Sequence record: NC_061450.1
Length of the DNA: 64,000 nucleotides
Direction: 5' to 3' (one strand)
Shown here: positions 1-9,638 of the stretch, in pieces
Layout of the letters: every line of letters begins with the position of its first letter
How positions within the stretch are numbered: the first letter of the stretch is position 1
Notes under the pieces: model-generated
The model's input: the letters and a program-made list of their open reading frames with translations, nothing else
What the model was told of the DNA's origin: nothing
Database searches by the model: none
Made by a program: the position numbers and the translations under genes

Positions 1-2237
1 ACACGGCTGCCATCTGAGTAAACAGCATAGCACTCCAGAGTCTGAGTAGTTACCTCATTCATCTGGTCATTGCCGACAATCTCAAGATTGACAACAACAG
101 GTGCCGCGCCAGTCAGCGTTACGTCCATAGTTGCCGACTTGGTGATACCGTTTTCAGTGTAGGTCGCACTGATGGTAACGCTGGACGTGGCCACGTTGAT
201 AGCGCCTACAGTCAAGGTACCGTCAGCAAACGTTGCATACTGAGAAGCGGCCGTCAGCTTAAACTCGTTAGGAGTAATCGTCGCTGTGTGGCCATCAGTG
301 TACGTTGCCAGCACTGTGTAGTTTTCAACAGTGTTCTGGGCAGCAGTGTTAGCACCGATAATCTTAATCGAGGCTAGGTCAACAACCACGATAACATTAA
401 GGATGGTAACAGTCAGGTCAGCAGTCTTGGTGATACCGCCTTCTGCGTAGCTTGCACTGAGAACAACCTGCTCATCTTGAGTCACCTGACCAGCAGTCAC
501 CGTCTTGTTGACGATTGATGCAAACTGCCCACGGTCCACAGTGAAGGTCAATGGGTTGACAGTCTTGGTCGTGCCGTCAGAGTAGGTAGCGAGGAACGTA
601 TAGTTCGCCGTCTTGCCTTCCTGAATCGAGTTGGCACCCTGAATCTCCAGCTTGCTTAGTGTAGGAGCAACTGTAGCGTGCAGGATGGTCACAGGCTTGG
701 TGGCTTGAATCGTCTGGCCGTTAGCCGTGTACGATGCTTGCAGTTCAATCTGACGATCAGCAGTCTCTTCCTTACGCGCAGTCACCACATTTTTATCAAT
801 GACTGTGTAGGTCTGAGGAGCAGCCAAGAAGGTCTGAGGAACTACCAGTTCAGTTTTGCCATTAGAGTACGTGACACGGAAAGTGTACGACGCAGAGGCT
901 TCACTTTTGATTGTGTCTTGACCCAGGATTTCCAGCTTCTCAATCTTCTGGGCTTTGACCAGCACGGCTTTGGTAGCAGTGTAAGTTGTGCCTTTATAGA
1001 AGTAAGTAGCTGTCAGGGTAACTGTTGTATCAACAGCAACTGATCCAGCAGTGCCCACCAGCCCATTCAGAGACAACACTTGGTCGTTATCTGAGGTGAA
1101 GTTGGTAGGAGTTACTGGAGTTGAGCCAGCAGTCTTGAACTGTGCAACAACGCTGAATGTCTGCTTTTGGGCGGCAAACATTGAATCAGCGCCAACAATT
1201 TTGAGGCTGATGAGTTCGTCATCTGACACAAACTTGTTTTTGATCAACAGGTCATAAGTGCCAACAATCCAATCGCCGTACACAGGGTCGCGCAGTCGAG
1301 CCGTAACCTTGAGCACAACATCTGCCTGCAAGTCAGGCGCAGTTACGTTGCCTTGCTGATCGATAGTAACACCCAACACGTTCTGTTGAATAGACCATTC
1401 GATGTTCTTAGGACTCTGCTCAACGTGGTCTTCCCACTCAGCCGTTGCAACCATCTGCACTGTACTGTTGTCCTGCATAAAGCTGGCATCACCAGGCAGA
1501 CTCAGGCGCAGGTTGAGAAGACGTGGACTTGTCCACTTAACGTTTTTGTTGGTAGGCTTAATCCACTGACCGTAGAACTTGTTGAGGTCCTGAGGGTCAC
1601 GGCGTACCAATGCCAACACTGCACCAGCAACAGGAGCAATGCTTGATCCCACCTCAGCAAACTGCTTGCTGTTGATACGAATCATTGTGCGTGGAAAGTC
1701 TGGGTGCTCATGGTAGGTCGGATAACGCGCATCAGACATGCGTGGGTCATCGTCGGATACCACTACAGGGTCTGCTTTATCACGTTGGTCTTCATCGCCG
1801 CTGTCTTGCAGGGCCTGAACAACCACAGTACCAACACGGGTAGTGTTAGCATGAGGCAGAACAACGTCACCTGCTTCAATGCCCAGGTCTGAGGCGTTCT
1901 CGACAACACGACGGTAGATCTGTTTTGAATCAAACAGGTTGGCATAGTCATCGATGGTAATCCAACTACCACGGTGATTGCCGTCCGATACGTGTGAAGT
2001 ACGCAGCAACACAAACTTGTACTGAGGACTACCAGGGTTAGCGTCAACCCAAATCAAGTTGTAAGGCTTGTCTGCGAACGTTGGTTCGGTCATTGAAACA
2101 ACAACGCGATACACATCGCTTTGATCGTTAGCGTTCGGTCGGAACTCGAACTCAATCGGATTACGTGCCGTAAGTCCGCGCTGGCGTGCCAGTTTGATAT
2201 ACTTAGCAGCAAAATCCGCAATGTTCATAGCTGCCAT
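1..2237 (-). CDS. Ig-like repeat virion fibre/tail protein, partial (runs off the window at position 1); missing from the ORF track
   Basis: Manual translation from ATG at 2237 (TGATG overlap with the upstream gene, RBS AGGAGG): MAAMNIADFAAKYIKLARQRG...; VSDDDPRMSDARYPTYHEH motif; repeated Thr/Val-rich Ig-like units (e.g. YTVLATYTDG, ISATYTENGITKSATMDVTLTG). Confidence 0.8.
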   Translation of the reverse strand, partial: MAAMNIADFAAKYIKLARQRGLTARNPIEFEFRPNANDQSDVYRVVVSMTEPTFADKPYNLIWVDANPGSPQYKFVLLRTSHVSDGNHRGSWITIDDYANLFDSKQIYRRVVENASDLGIEAGDVVLPHANTTRVGTVVVQALQDSGDEDQRDKADPVVVSDDDPRMSDARYPTYHEHPDFPRTMIRINSKQFAEVGSSIAPVAGAVLALVRRDPQDLNKFYGQWIKPTNKNVKWTSPRLLNLRLSLPGDASFMQDNSTVQMVATAEWEDHVEQSPKNIEWSIQQNVLGVTIDQQGNVTAPDLQADVVLKVTARLRDPVYGDWIVGTYDLLIKNKFVSDDELISLKIVGADSMFAAQKQTFSVVAQFKTAGSTPVTPTNFTSDNDQVLSLNGLVGTAGSVAVDTTVTLTATYFYKGTTYTATKAVLVKAQKIEKLEILGQDTIKSEASASYTFRVTYSNGKTELVVPQTFLAAPQTYTVIDKNVVTARKEETADRQIELQASYTANGQTIQATKPVTILHATVAPTLSKLEIQGANSIQEGKTANYTFLATYSDGTTKTVNPLTFTVDRGQFASIVNKTVTAGQVTQDEQVVLSASYAEGGITKTADLTVTILNVIVVVDLASIKIIGANTAAQNTVENYTVLATYTDGHTATITPNEFKLTAASQYATFADGTLTVGAINVATSSVTISATYTENGITKSATMDVTLTGAAPVVVNLEIVGNDQMNEVTTQTLECYAVYSDGSR

Positions 2238-2869
2238 CAGTTGCCTCCTGACAGGATTTCAGTGGTACGCACTTGATCGTACTTGGTTGTAGTAGCGTCG
2301 ATACCACGCAACGTCTGTCCGTTTGTTCCAGCAGCGTCATCGATAAGGACTGTGCCACTGGAGGTGCGCAGACTAACAGCAGGCCGCTCTTTGTGCATTT
2401 CATCATGAGGCAGAGGAGTACGCGCATCGGAGTTACGAGGGTCACTGACAGATACAAATGTCGGACGTCCCACGTTCTTCGGACCTGTAGTCAGGCGGGC
2501 AATGCCATACTCATCAACAGTGGCTGTGTTGTACTGATCAGCGTTTGGCAGGTCAGCAACATCATAATACTGCGGTGCCCACATCATGTTGAGGTTAGTC
2601 ACAGGTTCCCAGGTATGCTTGAATGCACCACTGGCCTGCTTGGACTTGCGAACAAGGAAGGTGCGATAGAACGAACTGTTTTTATCCATGTTTAACCAGA
2701 TAACGTTCATCGGCAGAACATAGTCAAACGGCTCTGCGTCACACACAATCTGAGTCGCACTGATTTGCAGCGTGGCGTTGATCTGTCGCGTGACCTTAGC
2801 GACGGAAGTGTCGTCCAAGAATCCCGTAACACTCAACAGGGCGTCCGCAAACTGATTAAGCGTCGTCAT
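2237..2869 (-). CDS. Putative virion protein, paralog of the N-terminal domain of the adjacent fibre protein
   Basis: 210 aa; PMNVIWLNMD and DPRNSDARTPLPHDEMH motifs shared with both neighbours. Confidence 0.65.
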   Translation of the reverse strand: MTTLNQFADALLSVTGFLDDTSVAKVTRQINATLQISATQIVCDAEPFDYVLPMNVIWLNMDKNSSFYRTFLVRKSKQASGAFKHTWEPVTNLNMMWAPQYYDVADLPNADQYNTATVDEYGIARLTTGPKNVGRPTFVSVSDPRNSDARTPLPHDEMHKERPAVSLRTSSGTVLIDDAAGTNGQTLRGIDATTTKYDQVRTTEILSGGN

Positions 2870-2879
2870 GTTGTTTTCC

Positions 2880-3512
2880 TTAGCTGTTGCTCAATTCATC
2901 TTCACGGATAAGACGCCACTGAACAGTGCCATCTTCCACAACCATCACTTGGTTCAGTGCAGGCGCATCCTGATCTTTCACAGGCACATACGCTTCGCCG
3001 TTGGAGCCATCAATGCTCAGCATGGTAGCTGGCTTTTCAGCGTGGGTGTGGTCAAGAGGAGGACGGTTGTCTGTAAGAGTCTCGTCGCCTTCGAGAATAA
3101 CACGAGAGCTGGACTCTGGATATGACAGATAACCAACGCCGTGCGTAAGACTGGTTGCCAGTGGAGGCAATTCAGTATTTACAGTAGCAAGGTCGTTTGG
3201 ATCATACGTCTGTTCCGACATGGCGTCGTCATAGAAGTAGAGTTGTTTCCAAACATCTTGATATGGGTCCACATCGTGTTTGAACGTGCGCTTAAACACC
3301 AAGCCGTAGGTACTTGACTCTGGGTTGAAATCAATCCAGATGGCGTTGATCGGCAGCACGACGTAACGCGGGCACGCATAACCACAATAGAACAGGATGC
3401 CCAATTGACTACCATCCTTCGGCAGTCGGAACAAGATTGGGTTTTTGTTCTGATTATGGATATTCGTGAGAAGTTCGACGTTACCAACGAACTGTGTCAA
3501 TTTCAGTTCCAT
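2880..3512 (-). CDS. Putative virion protein, paralog of the two downstream genes
   Basis: 210 aa; PINAIWIDFNP and LTDNRPPLDHTHAEKP motifs; RBS GGAG; RCTAATTTT motif upstream. Confidence 0.65.
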   Translation of the reverse strand: MELKLTQFVGNVELLTNIHNQNKNPILFRLPKDGSQLGILFYCGYACPRYVVLPINAIWIDFNPESSTYGLVFKRTFKHDVDPYQDVWKQLYFYDDAMSEQTYDPNDLATVNTELPPLATSLTHGVGYLSYPESSSRVILEGDETLTDNRPPLDHTHAEKPATMLSIDGSNGEAYVPVKDQDAPALNQVMVVEDGTVQWRLIREDELSNS

Positions 3513-3543
3513 CGTAATCTCCGGTTGTCCTGAATCAGGTAAT

Positions 3544-3553
3544 AAAAATTAGC
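3544..3553 (-). promoter_or_regulatory. Putative late-type promoter motif GCTAATTTTT
   Basis: Recurrent motif, 32 nt upstream of the start at 3512. Confidence 0.5.
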
Positions 3554-3561
3554 GAAGTAGG

Positions 3562-4260
3562 TTACTCTGACCCAGAACCTGGGGTAGTAGAACCATACAC
3601 AATACTAAACACATAGTCCACGCTGTCGAATGGGAAGTCGTTACGGTAGATGATGTAATCGAACCCTTCGAGGCTTATCTCGGCTGGACCAACAAAGTTA
3701 AAGTCATCAAACTCTTGCGCACCATCCCACGAACCAGAGAAGCCGTAGCTGCCGCTGGTGAAGTCGCGGAAGTAACCATAGCCAAGTGCTTTGGGCCATG
3801 CGACATAGAAGAATTTGTTATTGTCTGAGGTACTCTGATTTGGAGGACAGGTAACAAACTGTTCACCCTCAGAGGTTAACTTGGTTGTGAGTGACTTGAA
3901 GAAGGCGCTGTTGTAGCCCGCGATCGAGGTTACTTTATCATGCAGACCAAAGCGAGGACTGAACTGACCTCCCTCAGGAACGCTGACCAACACGATGCTG
4001 CTACGCTCTTTCTCCGCACCAGCACTATCACGCAACACGGCAACCAATGAATGCTCGCCGCTGTCCAGAGTGATGTTGAACTGGTTGCTTGTTGTCAACG
4101 AACCATCATCAGCACGCAGCGTTTTAATCACTGCCGTTCCGTCAACAATGTCCAACGTGCCTGCTGGTGGAACTGAGGACACGCTGATATTGAACTGTGA
4201 CGACAAGTTGAGATTGACGAAGTTATAAATCAGGTTGCCGTTTACGCTGAGACTGGTCAC
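3562..4260 (-). CDS. Hypothetical virion structural protein
   Basis: 232 aa, GTG start with AGGAG RBS, directly downstream of the tail sheath gene; beta-rich composition. Confidence 0.6.
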   Translation of the reverse strand: MTSLSVNGNLIYNFVNLNLSSQFNISVSSVPPAGTLDIVDGTAVIKTLRADDGSLTTSNQFNITLDSGEHSLVAVLRDSAGAEKERSSIVLVSVPEGGQFSPRFGLHDKVTSIAGYNSAFFKSLTTKLTSEGEQFVTCPPNQSTSDNNKFFYVAWPKALGYGYFRDFTSGSYGFSGSWDGAQEFDDFNFVGPAEISLEGFDYIIYRNDFPFDSVDYVFSIVYGSTTPGSGSE

Positions 4261-4281
4261 GAAAGGCTCCTTAAACGTGCA

Positions 4282-4305
4282 AGGGGAGAACCGTAGTCCT
4301 CCCCT
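4282..4305 (-). terminator. Stem-loop (AGGGGAGGAC-TACG-GTTCTCCCCT) after the tail sheath gene; weak terminator or mRNA-stabilising hairpin
   Basis: 10-bp stem with C(UACG)G tetraloop; no long U tract. Confidence 0.5.
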
Positions 4306-4310
4306 GTTGA

Positions 4311-5996
4311 TTATGCAGCTTCACCAAGAACAGTGGAGGTGCTGCCTTTCGGGTTGATATTGAAGCGATAGATCAGACGTTTGGTAGTACGCGTCGGGTC
4401 CAGCACAATATCAAGCACCAGGTCGCCGTTAGCAATGTTCTGGTTGGTGTTGTTTGTCTTGTCACAGACTACAACATAACCCTGACTACCGCTGTCGCCG
4501 CCACGAAGACCACGAGCGAGTTTGATCTCTTCACAAAACTTCTCAACGATAGATTTCAGATACTGGCGAAGAATGTCATCGTTAGGGTCAAACAGGCCGA
4601 CCTTAGCGCTGCGCTGACAGATCTCAAGCACATAGCCAACCATGCGTTTGATCTGAATCTGCTGGAATGCTGAGTTGGTTGCTTGCAGAGTCGCAGCTTC
4701 CCAAACGGCAAACCCACCACCAGCCTGTGCAGGCAGTTTACGAACATAGTTGACCAGCTCACGGCTCAGTGCATCACGGTCATCTTGGTCATACTTCTGA
4801 GTAAGCTCAGAGATAGACAGGACTTCCGAGGCGCGAATACCAGCAGGCGCGAACCAACTACCACGATTGTTATCGGTGTAGCAGTACACAGCAGCTACCT
4901 GACCGCTGACAGGAACTGTGAGGTAACGAGCGGTGTCCGTGTCAAACATTTTATAGTCTGGCGTATACAGGCTCATGTTCGCAGCACTGAGGTTCAGGGT
5001 CTGACGGCGATACTTGATCGCTTTAGCCACAGATTGCTCAACACTAGGCACGCTACAGATAACGTGACAGTTGATGTGATTATCGGCTGCCAGCTTCATA
5101 CCACGGTGAACGATGTAATCCTCAAGGCCACCACTAACCATCAGCGTCACACGACATTCTTCCGGATCAGAGTAGTAGTCCTGATAGGCTTGCGCCAGTT
5201 CATCGCTAGTAATCTTGTCACCGTCTGTTCCGCCTTTGAGGTACACAAAGTCGGTTGTCAGGAAGTCGAGATCAGTTTTGAAGTATTCGTTTTTGATGAA
5301 ACGGAAGTCCGAGCTTTCATCTTTGAACACTTGCTGGATTTCATACTGACGGTTGAAGTCGTCGGTATAGTTGTTGAGTGAACAGTTGTGGACGGCGATT
5401 GGCACGCTGCCGTTTTGATAGTTCTGATACACGTCCACGTAAAACAGTTTAGTGTTGTACTTGGTGCGGTCATCAAAAGCATCAAGGCCGCGAGGAACAG
5501 CAGGGCGAATTTGCAGCGCCATTTCGTTGTTCCATTCGCCTGGGTTTTCTGTGATAAAGTAACCAATGGTGTTTTCATTGAGAACGTCATCAGGCAGGAA
5601 GCCCAGCTCATTCGGGTCATTGACACCCAAAATGTTGCCATCGTCATCAGTCAGGTTGTTCAGGCGCAGCACAGGCTTGACGGCAGTTGGATCATCCACA
5701 GTCAGGACTGCAACCGCATAACGTGCGTTTTTGACAAGACGCACATAGAACAGTTGGTTGGTTTGTTTAGAGATTGGCAGAGCAACGTACAGACCAAGTC
5801 CGTACTTGGGATCTTTTAGACCAAAGATATTATCCAGGTAATCTTTACTCTCGACGCGGATACGTTGGTTGATGGGCCCACGACGAGCCTGTCCACACAT
5901 TGCGACAACCGCGGTAGATAAAGACGTAGATCCCGCTGACAAATCTCGTTCGCCAGTGTACACACCGGCAGAGGAATGTTTGTTATAAACAGGCAT
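4311..5996 (-). CDS. Tail sheath protein (T4 gp18-like, contractile tail)
   Basis: True start MPVYNKHSSAGVY at 5996 (RBS AAGGAG); sheath signatures GQARRGPIN, GGTDG, WFAPAG, FDPND and C-terminal LVLDIVLDPTR; 561 aa. Confidence 0.92.
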   Translation of the reverse strand: MPVYNKHSSAGVYTGERDLSAGSTSLSTAVVAMCGQARRGPINQRIRVESKDYLDNIFGLKDPKYGLGLYVALPISKQTNQLFYVRLVKNARYAVAVLTVDDPTAVKPVLRLNNLTDDDGNILGVNDPNELGFLPDDVLNENTIGYFITENPGEWNNEMALQIRPAVPRGLDAFDDRTKYNTKLFYVDVYQNYQNGSVPIAVHNCSLNNYTDDFNRQYEIQQVFKDESSDFRFIKNEYFKTDLDFLTTDFVYLKGGTDGDKITSDELAQAYQDYYSDPEECRVTLMVSGGLEDYIVHRGMKLAADNHINCHVICSVPSVEQSVAKAIKYRRQTLNLSAANMSLYTPDYKMFDTDTARYLTVPVSGQVAAVYCYTDNNRGSWFAPAGIRASEVLSISELTQKYDQDDRDALSRELVNYVRKLPAQAGGGFAVWEAATLQATNSAFQQIQIKRMVGYVLEICQRSAKVGLFDPNDDILRQYLKSIVEKFCEEIKLARGLRGGDSGSQGYVVVCDKTNNTNQNIANGDLVLDIVLDPTRTTKRLIYRFNINPKGSTSTVLGEAA

Positions 5997-6021
5997 ACTA
6001 GGGTCTCCTTTTAGACTGATT

Positions 6022-6030
6022 AAAATTAGT
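6022..6030 (-). promoter_or_regulatory. Putative late-type promoter motif ACTAATTTT
   Basis: 26 nt upstream of the tail sheath start, just after a terminator. Confidence 0.55.
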
Positions 6031-6049
6031 GAAACCCTGCCCAAGATCG

Positions 6050-6076
6050 AAAAAGGGCGACCGAAGTCACCCTTTT
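6050..6076 (-). terminator. Rho-independent terminator
   Basis: GGGTGAC-TTCG-GTCGCCC-TTTTT on the minus strand, right after the DHH gene. Confidence 0.85.
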
Positions 6077-6078
6077 GT

Positions 6079-7188
6079 TTAGCAGCAAACTGCATCCTGT
6101 TCTTCTTGTCCGAGTTTGACCTCAGGATAAAGAGCTTCAAAATCAGCCCGAGGCATTTGCCAACCAGCAGCATTAGCATGGCCATTACCGCCGAACAACA
6201 TCGCAATCTGTTTGGCGCTGGTGGTACTGTTTTCGTGCTGGTCTGCACTACGACAACTAATAAACACCAAATCTGGCTTGTGCTTGGTTGTGCGTGGCAT
6301 GATCACCAGCTGGAAGTTAGGATAGTTTTCCAGAACAAAGTGAGCTGCTTCACTACCAATTGCTCGTTCAGCAGGCAGGACAACGTGATTACACTGGATT
6401 GGACCGCGTCCGCTATCGAACAGGCTGTTGTGCTCGATCATGTGCTCAATCTTGCGGTTGCGTTCAACAATACGCTCACGGCCGATAGCACGAATGGTTT
6501 CGATATCACCGGTCATGATAATCGAACGAGCACGCAGAACGGTCTTGGGATATTCAGTACACAATACACCAGACGGATCTTTCTCAGCAAACATTTCAGG
6601 AGCATAGCCTTCATAAAACTCAAAGGCGCGGGTGCTGCTGCGTTGCCAAGTATCACGGTCACTGACCATCTGCGCGATACGAATCAAGTTACCGAGGAAA
6701 CGATTGTATGCCGGACCGTTAAAGCGGCTGAGGTTTTTCATGTACGCCAACAAGGCGCCACTGCCGCTTGCGTTGAAGATAAGCTCAGGACCTGGAGCAA
6801 CATCCAGTTTCTTGCATTCTTCTTCGTAGCGTTGGCGAGTGCGCACATTGTGATGGTCCAGCACGATAAAGTTTGAGCCAAAGCGTTTGGTAAACACAGC
6901 CATCTGACGTTCAGACAGCGAGAAGTCTACCACAATCACTTTATCGTACTGCACACCAGCTTGGTACACAGGCTCTTTACCAGGCTCATGTTCTACTACA
7001 GGATTGGTCTGCATGATATCCTGACGCTGGTCAAGAGGCACGCCTTCGGCATCCACAATATCACCATTGTTTGGTGTATAGTTGGAAGCTAAGAAATGAC
7101 AAACTTCTTCTGCGTGGGCTAGTGCTGCGATTGCGGCGGCAAAACTTCCATCCGCACACGAATGGTGATAAATGATTAGGACTTTCAC
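6079..7188 (-). CDS. DHH/DHHA1 family phosphoesterase (NrnB/oligoribonuclease-like)
   Basis: Motifs YHHSCADG, VVDFS, LDHH, DRDTW, FGGNGHANAAG; GTG start overlapping the upstream TGA. Confidence 0.85.
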   Translation of the reverse strand: MKVLIIYHHSCADGSFAAAIAALAHAEEVCHFLASNYTPNNGDIVDAEGVPLDQRQDIMQTNPVVEHEPGKEPVYQAGVQYDKVIVVDFSLSERQMAVFTKRFGSNFIVLDHHNVRTRQRYEEECKKLDVAPGPELIFNASGSGALLAYMKNLSRFNGPAYNRFLGNLIRIAQMVSDRDTWQRSSTRAFEFYEGYAPEMFAEKDPSGVLCTEYPKTVLRARSIIMTGDIETIRAIGRERIVERNRKIEHMIEHNSLFDSGRGPIQCNHVVLPAERAIGSEAAHFVLENYPNFQLVIMPRTTKHKPDLVFISCRSADQHENSTTSAKQIAMLFGGNGHANAAGWQMPRADFEALYPEVKLGQEEQDAVCC

Positions 7189-8024
7189 ATCCAATTCCTT
7201 CTTTGTTGCAATTCAGACAGCATGGTACGCATCGCAGTAATCTGGAAGCGAAGATTCTCACGCAGAATACGAACTGCGGTTGGATAGTCATGCTCCAGAT
7301 TGATTTGATACATTTGCCACGCACCGGTACTTCTAATGTCGGACAACTCTTGGCGAAGCTGGTCACGACGGCGACGAGCTGTTTCGAGTCGATCAAACAA
7401 ACTACTTTTGCCGTACTCATGTCCGTATACTTTCTTGTATATTGACTTGAGTCCATACAAATTACCTCGATCGCGGTCTGCAACTGCATCGCGATAGTAG
7501 TGTAGCTTGCTGGTATTGCCACATTTATCCGGGTGTGTCTTGAGTGTTATTAGTATGAAAATCTTTTTGATGAGACGACGTTCCTTCTTGTCTTCCTCAT
7601 CTTCTTGATACTCTTCCTCCAATTCAAGATCAGCATGACGGTTTGGAGCATCGTCGTCCTCACTTTCAAGGTCGTATTCGCTCAACACGTCATCAGCTTC
7701 TTTGGCTGCTTGCTGATCTTCAATATCATCAGAATGCGCAAGGTCCTGTTGCAGCATGTTGATTTGCATCGCCAGTTGGGAGATTTCGTCGTTCTCCTCT
7801 TTGACGGAACAGTCCACTTTGGCGATAAATACACGAATGCGCTCACGGTCATCAGAGATAACCTCCGTCAGAGTTACAATCTCTTCTTCGATGTATTGGA
7901 GATTGTTCTGATCTTCTTCGGCATATTCGTGATCGTCAGGGATATCTTGCTCCACATCAGGTTCGGCAGTCAAGTCGCCGTGCACCTGCAATTGGTGTTC
8001 ATCAAGCACCATGAGTTGTGTCAT
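7185..8024 (-). CDS. Acidic coiled-coil protein with a J-domain-like HPD motif
   Basis: 279 aa; ...ILITLKTHPDKCG... preceded by a long acidic/coiled-coil region. Confidence 0.6.
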   Translation of the reverse strand: MTQLMVLDEHQLQVHGDLTAEPDVEQDIPDDHEYAEEDQNNLQYIEEEIVTLTEVISDDRERIRVFIAKVDCSVKEENDEISQLAMQINMLQQDLAHSDDIEDQQAAKEADDVLSEYDLESEDDDAPNRHADLELEEEYQEDEEDKKERRLIKKIFILITLKTHPDKCGNTSKLHYYRDAVADRDRGNLYGLKSIYKKVYGHEYGKSSLFDRLETARRRRDQLRQELSDIRSTGAWQMYQINLEHDYPTAVRILRENLRFQITAMRTMLSELQQRRNWM

Positions 8025-8215
8025 GCGCGACTAAGCTCCTGAATAGATTTCTGGACCAGCTCTTGGATGCGAACGGGGCAGCGTGGATTACGCGGCAGGT
8101 GCTTCTTCAACCAAGGCAAGTTGTTGCCTGATGTAGATACTTCTGAACGGAAGGTAGGAAGCCCTAAGTCTTTGCCGTGTTTTGCCAGCAGCGAGTTCAG
8201 TTCTTGCAGTAACAT
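8021..8215 (-). CDS. Hypothetical protein
   Basis: 64 aa, ATG with RBS, ATGA coupling to the next gene. Confidence 0.6.
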   Translation of the reverse strand: MLLQELNSLLAKHGKDLGLPTFRSEVSTSGNNLPWLKKHLPRNPRCPVRIQELVQKSIQELSRA

Positions 8216-8223
8216 TGTGTTCC

Positions 8224-8838
8224 TTATTGAGTCATCAGGTCAAGAATATTTTTAACGACATGCGTTGGTCCGATTGACACAGCGCCTGCCACAGATAGGT
8301 GAACGCGTGAGGTAAACAGTTCGACGGGATCAATGCCGCCGCCTGTAACTACCACACGTGGAATCTTGGGAAACATTTCAAGAACGTCACGCAGACGCTC
8401 TAGCTTGTAGCTGGTGCTTTCCATTGTGATGTTGGTAATCACCATGAAGTTCGGACGCTTGAGTTTGATCTTATCATAATCAAGACGGTCACCGTACAAC
8501 GTCAGCCACAAGGGTTTTGCTACTTTGCCTGCCGTGTCTTCAACTGCGTTGTTGAAGATGTTTAAGGCGGCTAGCTTGGCACGTTGATCACTGGGAAAAC
8601 TACTCAACACTGTGATACGTGGTTCGCTGTCTAATGGATTGTCCATCAGCTTTGCAAAGTAATCCAGCTGATCTTTTGCTGATACCACTTTGCCTTTGAA
8701 ATAGTTAGAACGCGGCTTAAAGTCCTGCACCGAATCAATCATGTCGAACTCATCCTTGTCGCCCCACAACAACTGCGGGTCAACACCAAGACTTTGCATG
8801 TGCTTGGCACGCGTTGCCTCGAATTGAAACTCTAACAT
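8224..8838 (-). CDS. Hypothetical protein, possible degenerate DnaC/IstB-like P-loop fold
   Basis: 204 aa; ITVLSS...RAK, RPNFMVITNI and PRVVVT fall where Walker A, Walker B and sensor would be, but canonical residues are missing. Confidence 0.35.
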   Translation of the reverse strand: MLEFQFEATRAKHMQSLGVDPQLLWGDKDEFDMIDSVQDFKPRSNYFKGKVVSAKDQLDYFAKLMDNPLDSEPRITVLSSFPSDQRAKLAALNIFNNAVEDTAGKVAKPLWLTLYGDRLDYDKIKLKRPNFMVITNITMESTSYKLERLRDVLEMFPKIPRVVVTGGGIDPVELFTSRVHLSVAGAVSIGPTHVVKNILDLMTQ

Positions 8839-8872
8839 CGTATCGCTCTCTGCTTGTCTTCGTTGTTACTTT

Positions 8873-9199
8873 TTACAGTTTGATAACCTGATAGACTTCG
8901 ATGGTGATTCTGCTTAGATATGGATGGTGGGAGTCTTGGTCAAACTTACCAGGAAAGGTTCCCTCAGATGTTCTTACGGTAGGCTCCTCATACCGAGGAT
9001 TCAATACTTTTTCCTCAGAACAGTTGCGAATAATTTTGAGATTCTCAATAGTTATCAGACCCGGCACACGAAACTCTGTCGGAGCGTGCAGGTTGATAGT
9101 CGGCCTTGACATGCGCTGGTGGTACTTATCAAGTTCGGCTTTAACTACGTCGGCAACGGCGTGAGGAACAACGAGTTCATAGATGACTAAAGTTTCCAT
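8873..9199 (-). CDS. Hypothetical protein
   Basis: Likely start METLVIY at 9199 with GAGG RBS; 108 aa. Confidence 0.6.
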   Translation of the reverse strand: METLVIYELVVPHAVADVVKAELDKYHQRMSRPTINLHAPTEFRVPGLITIENLKIIRNCSEEKVLNPRYEEPTVRTSEGTFPGKFDQDSHHPYLSRITIEVYQVIKL

Positions 9200-9248
9200 A
9201 AATGCCTCAGAGTAAATGGAGGCCCACAACAGGCCTCTCGATACTCTG

Positions 9249-9257
9249 TATTTACAG
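9249..9257 (-). promoter_or_regulatory. Putative phage promoter motif CTGTAAATA
   Basis: Exact recurrent 9-mer, 50 nt upstream of the start at 9199. Confidence 0.6.
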
Positions 9258-9258
9258 T

Positions 9259-9630
9259 TTACATCAGTGGCATATTTGGATCGACAAACGACACAAGGTA
9301 CACAACAGACCAGCCACTAGCAGTATCAGGGTTGGGATACAACTGAGCCTGATACGTGAGGTAGATGCCAGTAGCGCCATCACCAAGGCTGTCATTGTAG
9401 GCAGTATAGCCAGGACCGCCTTTGATTGCCTCTGCTAATCCATCTGCCCACAGATAGGTATCTGGCTGGTCAGGGATATCGTAGTGAACTGCATGGCGTG
9501 GAAAGTGGCTGAACTGGTTATCGGTGTCTTTTGAAATCCAGTCAAGATGGCGATAGCCCAGCTTGGTGCCAATCTCATCAAACAGGCCACGCTGCTGGAT
9601 GAGTCGTTGGACTTGATCTTGTCTTAACAT
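9259..9630 (-). CDS. Hypothetical protein
   Basis: 123 aa, RBS GAGG. Confidence 0.65.
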   Translation of the reverse strand: MLRQDQVQRLIQQRGLFDEIGTKLGYRHLDWISKDTDNQFSHFPRHAVHYDIPDQPDTYLWADGLAEAIKGGPGYTAYNDSLGDGATGIYLTYQAQLYPNPDTASGWSVVYLVSFVDPNMPLM

Positions 9631-9638
9631 AAGTTCCT

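Noticed and set aside
5997-6248. 84-aa N-terminal extension of the tail sheath ORF given in the track
   Set aside because: It crosses a terminator and overlaps the DHH gene; a strong RBS and a typical sheath N-terminus sit at 5996.
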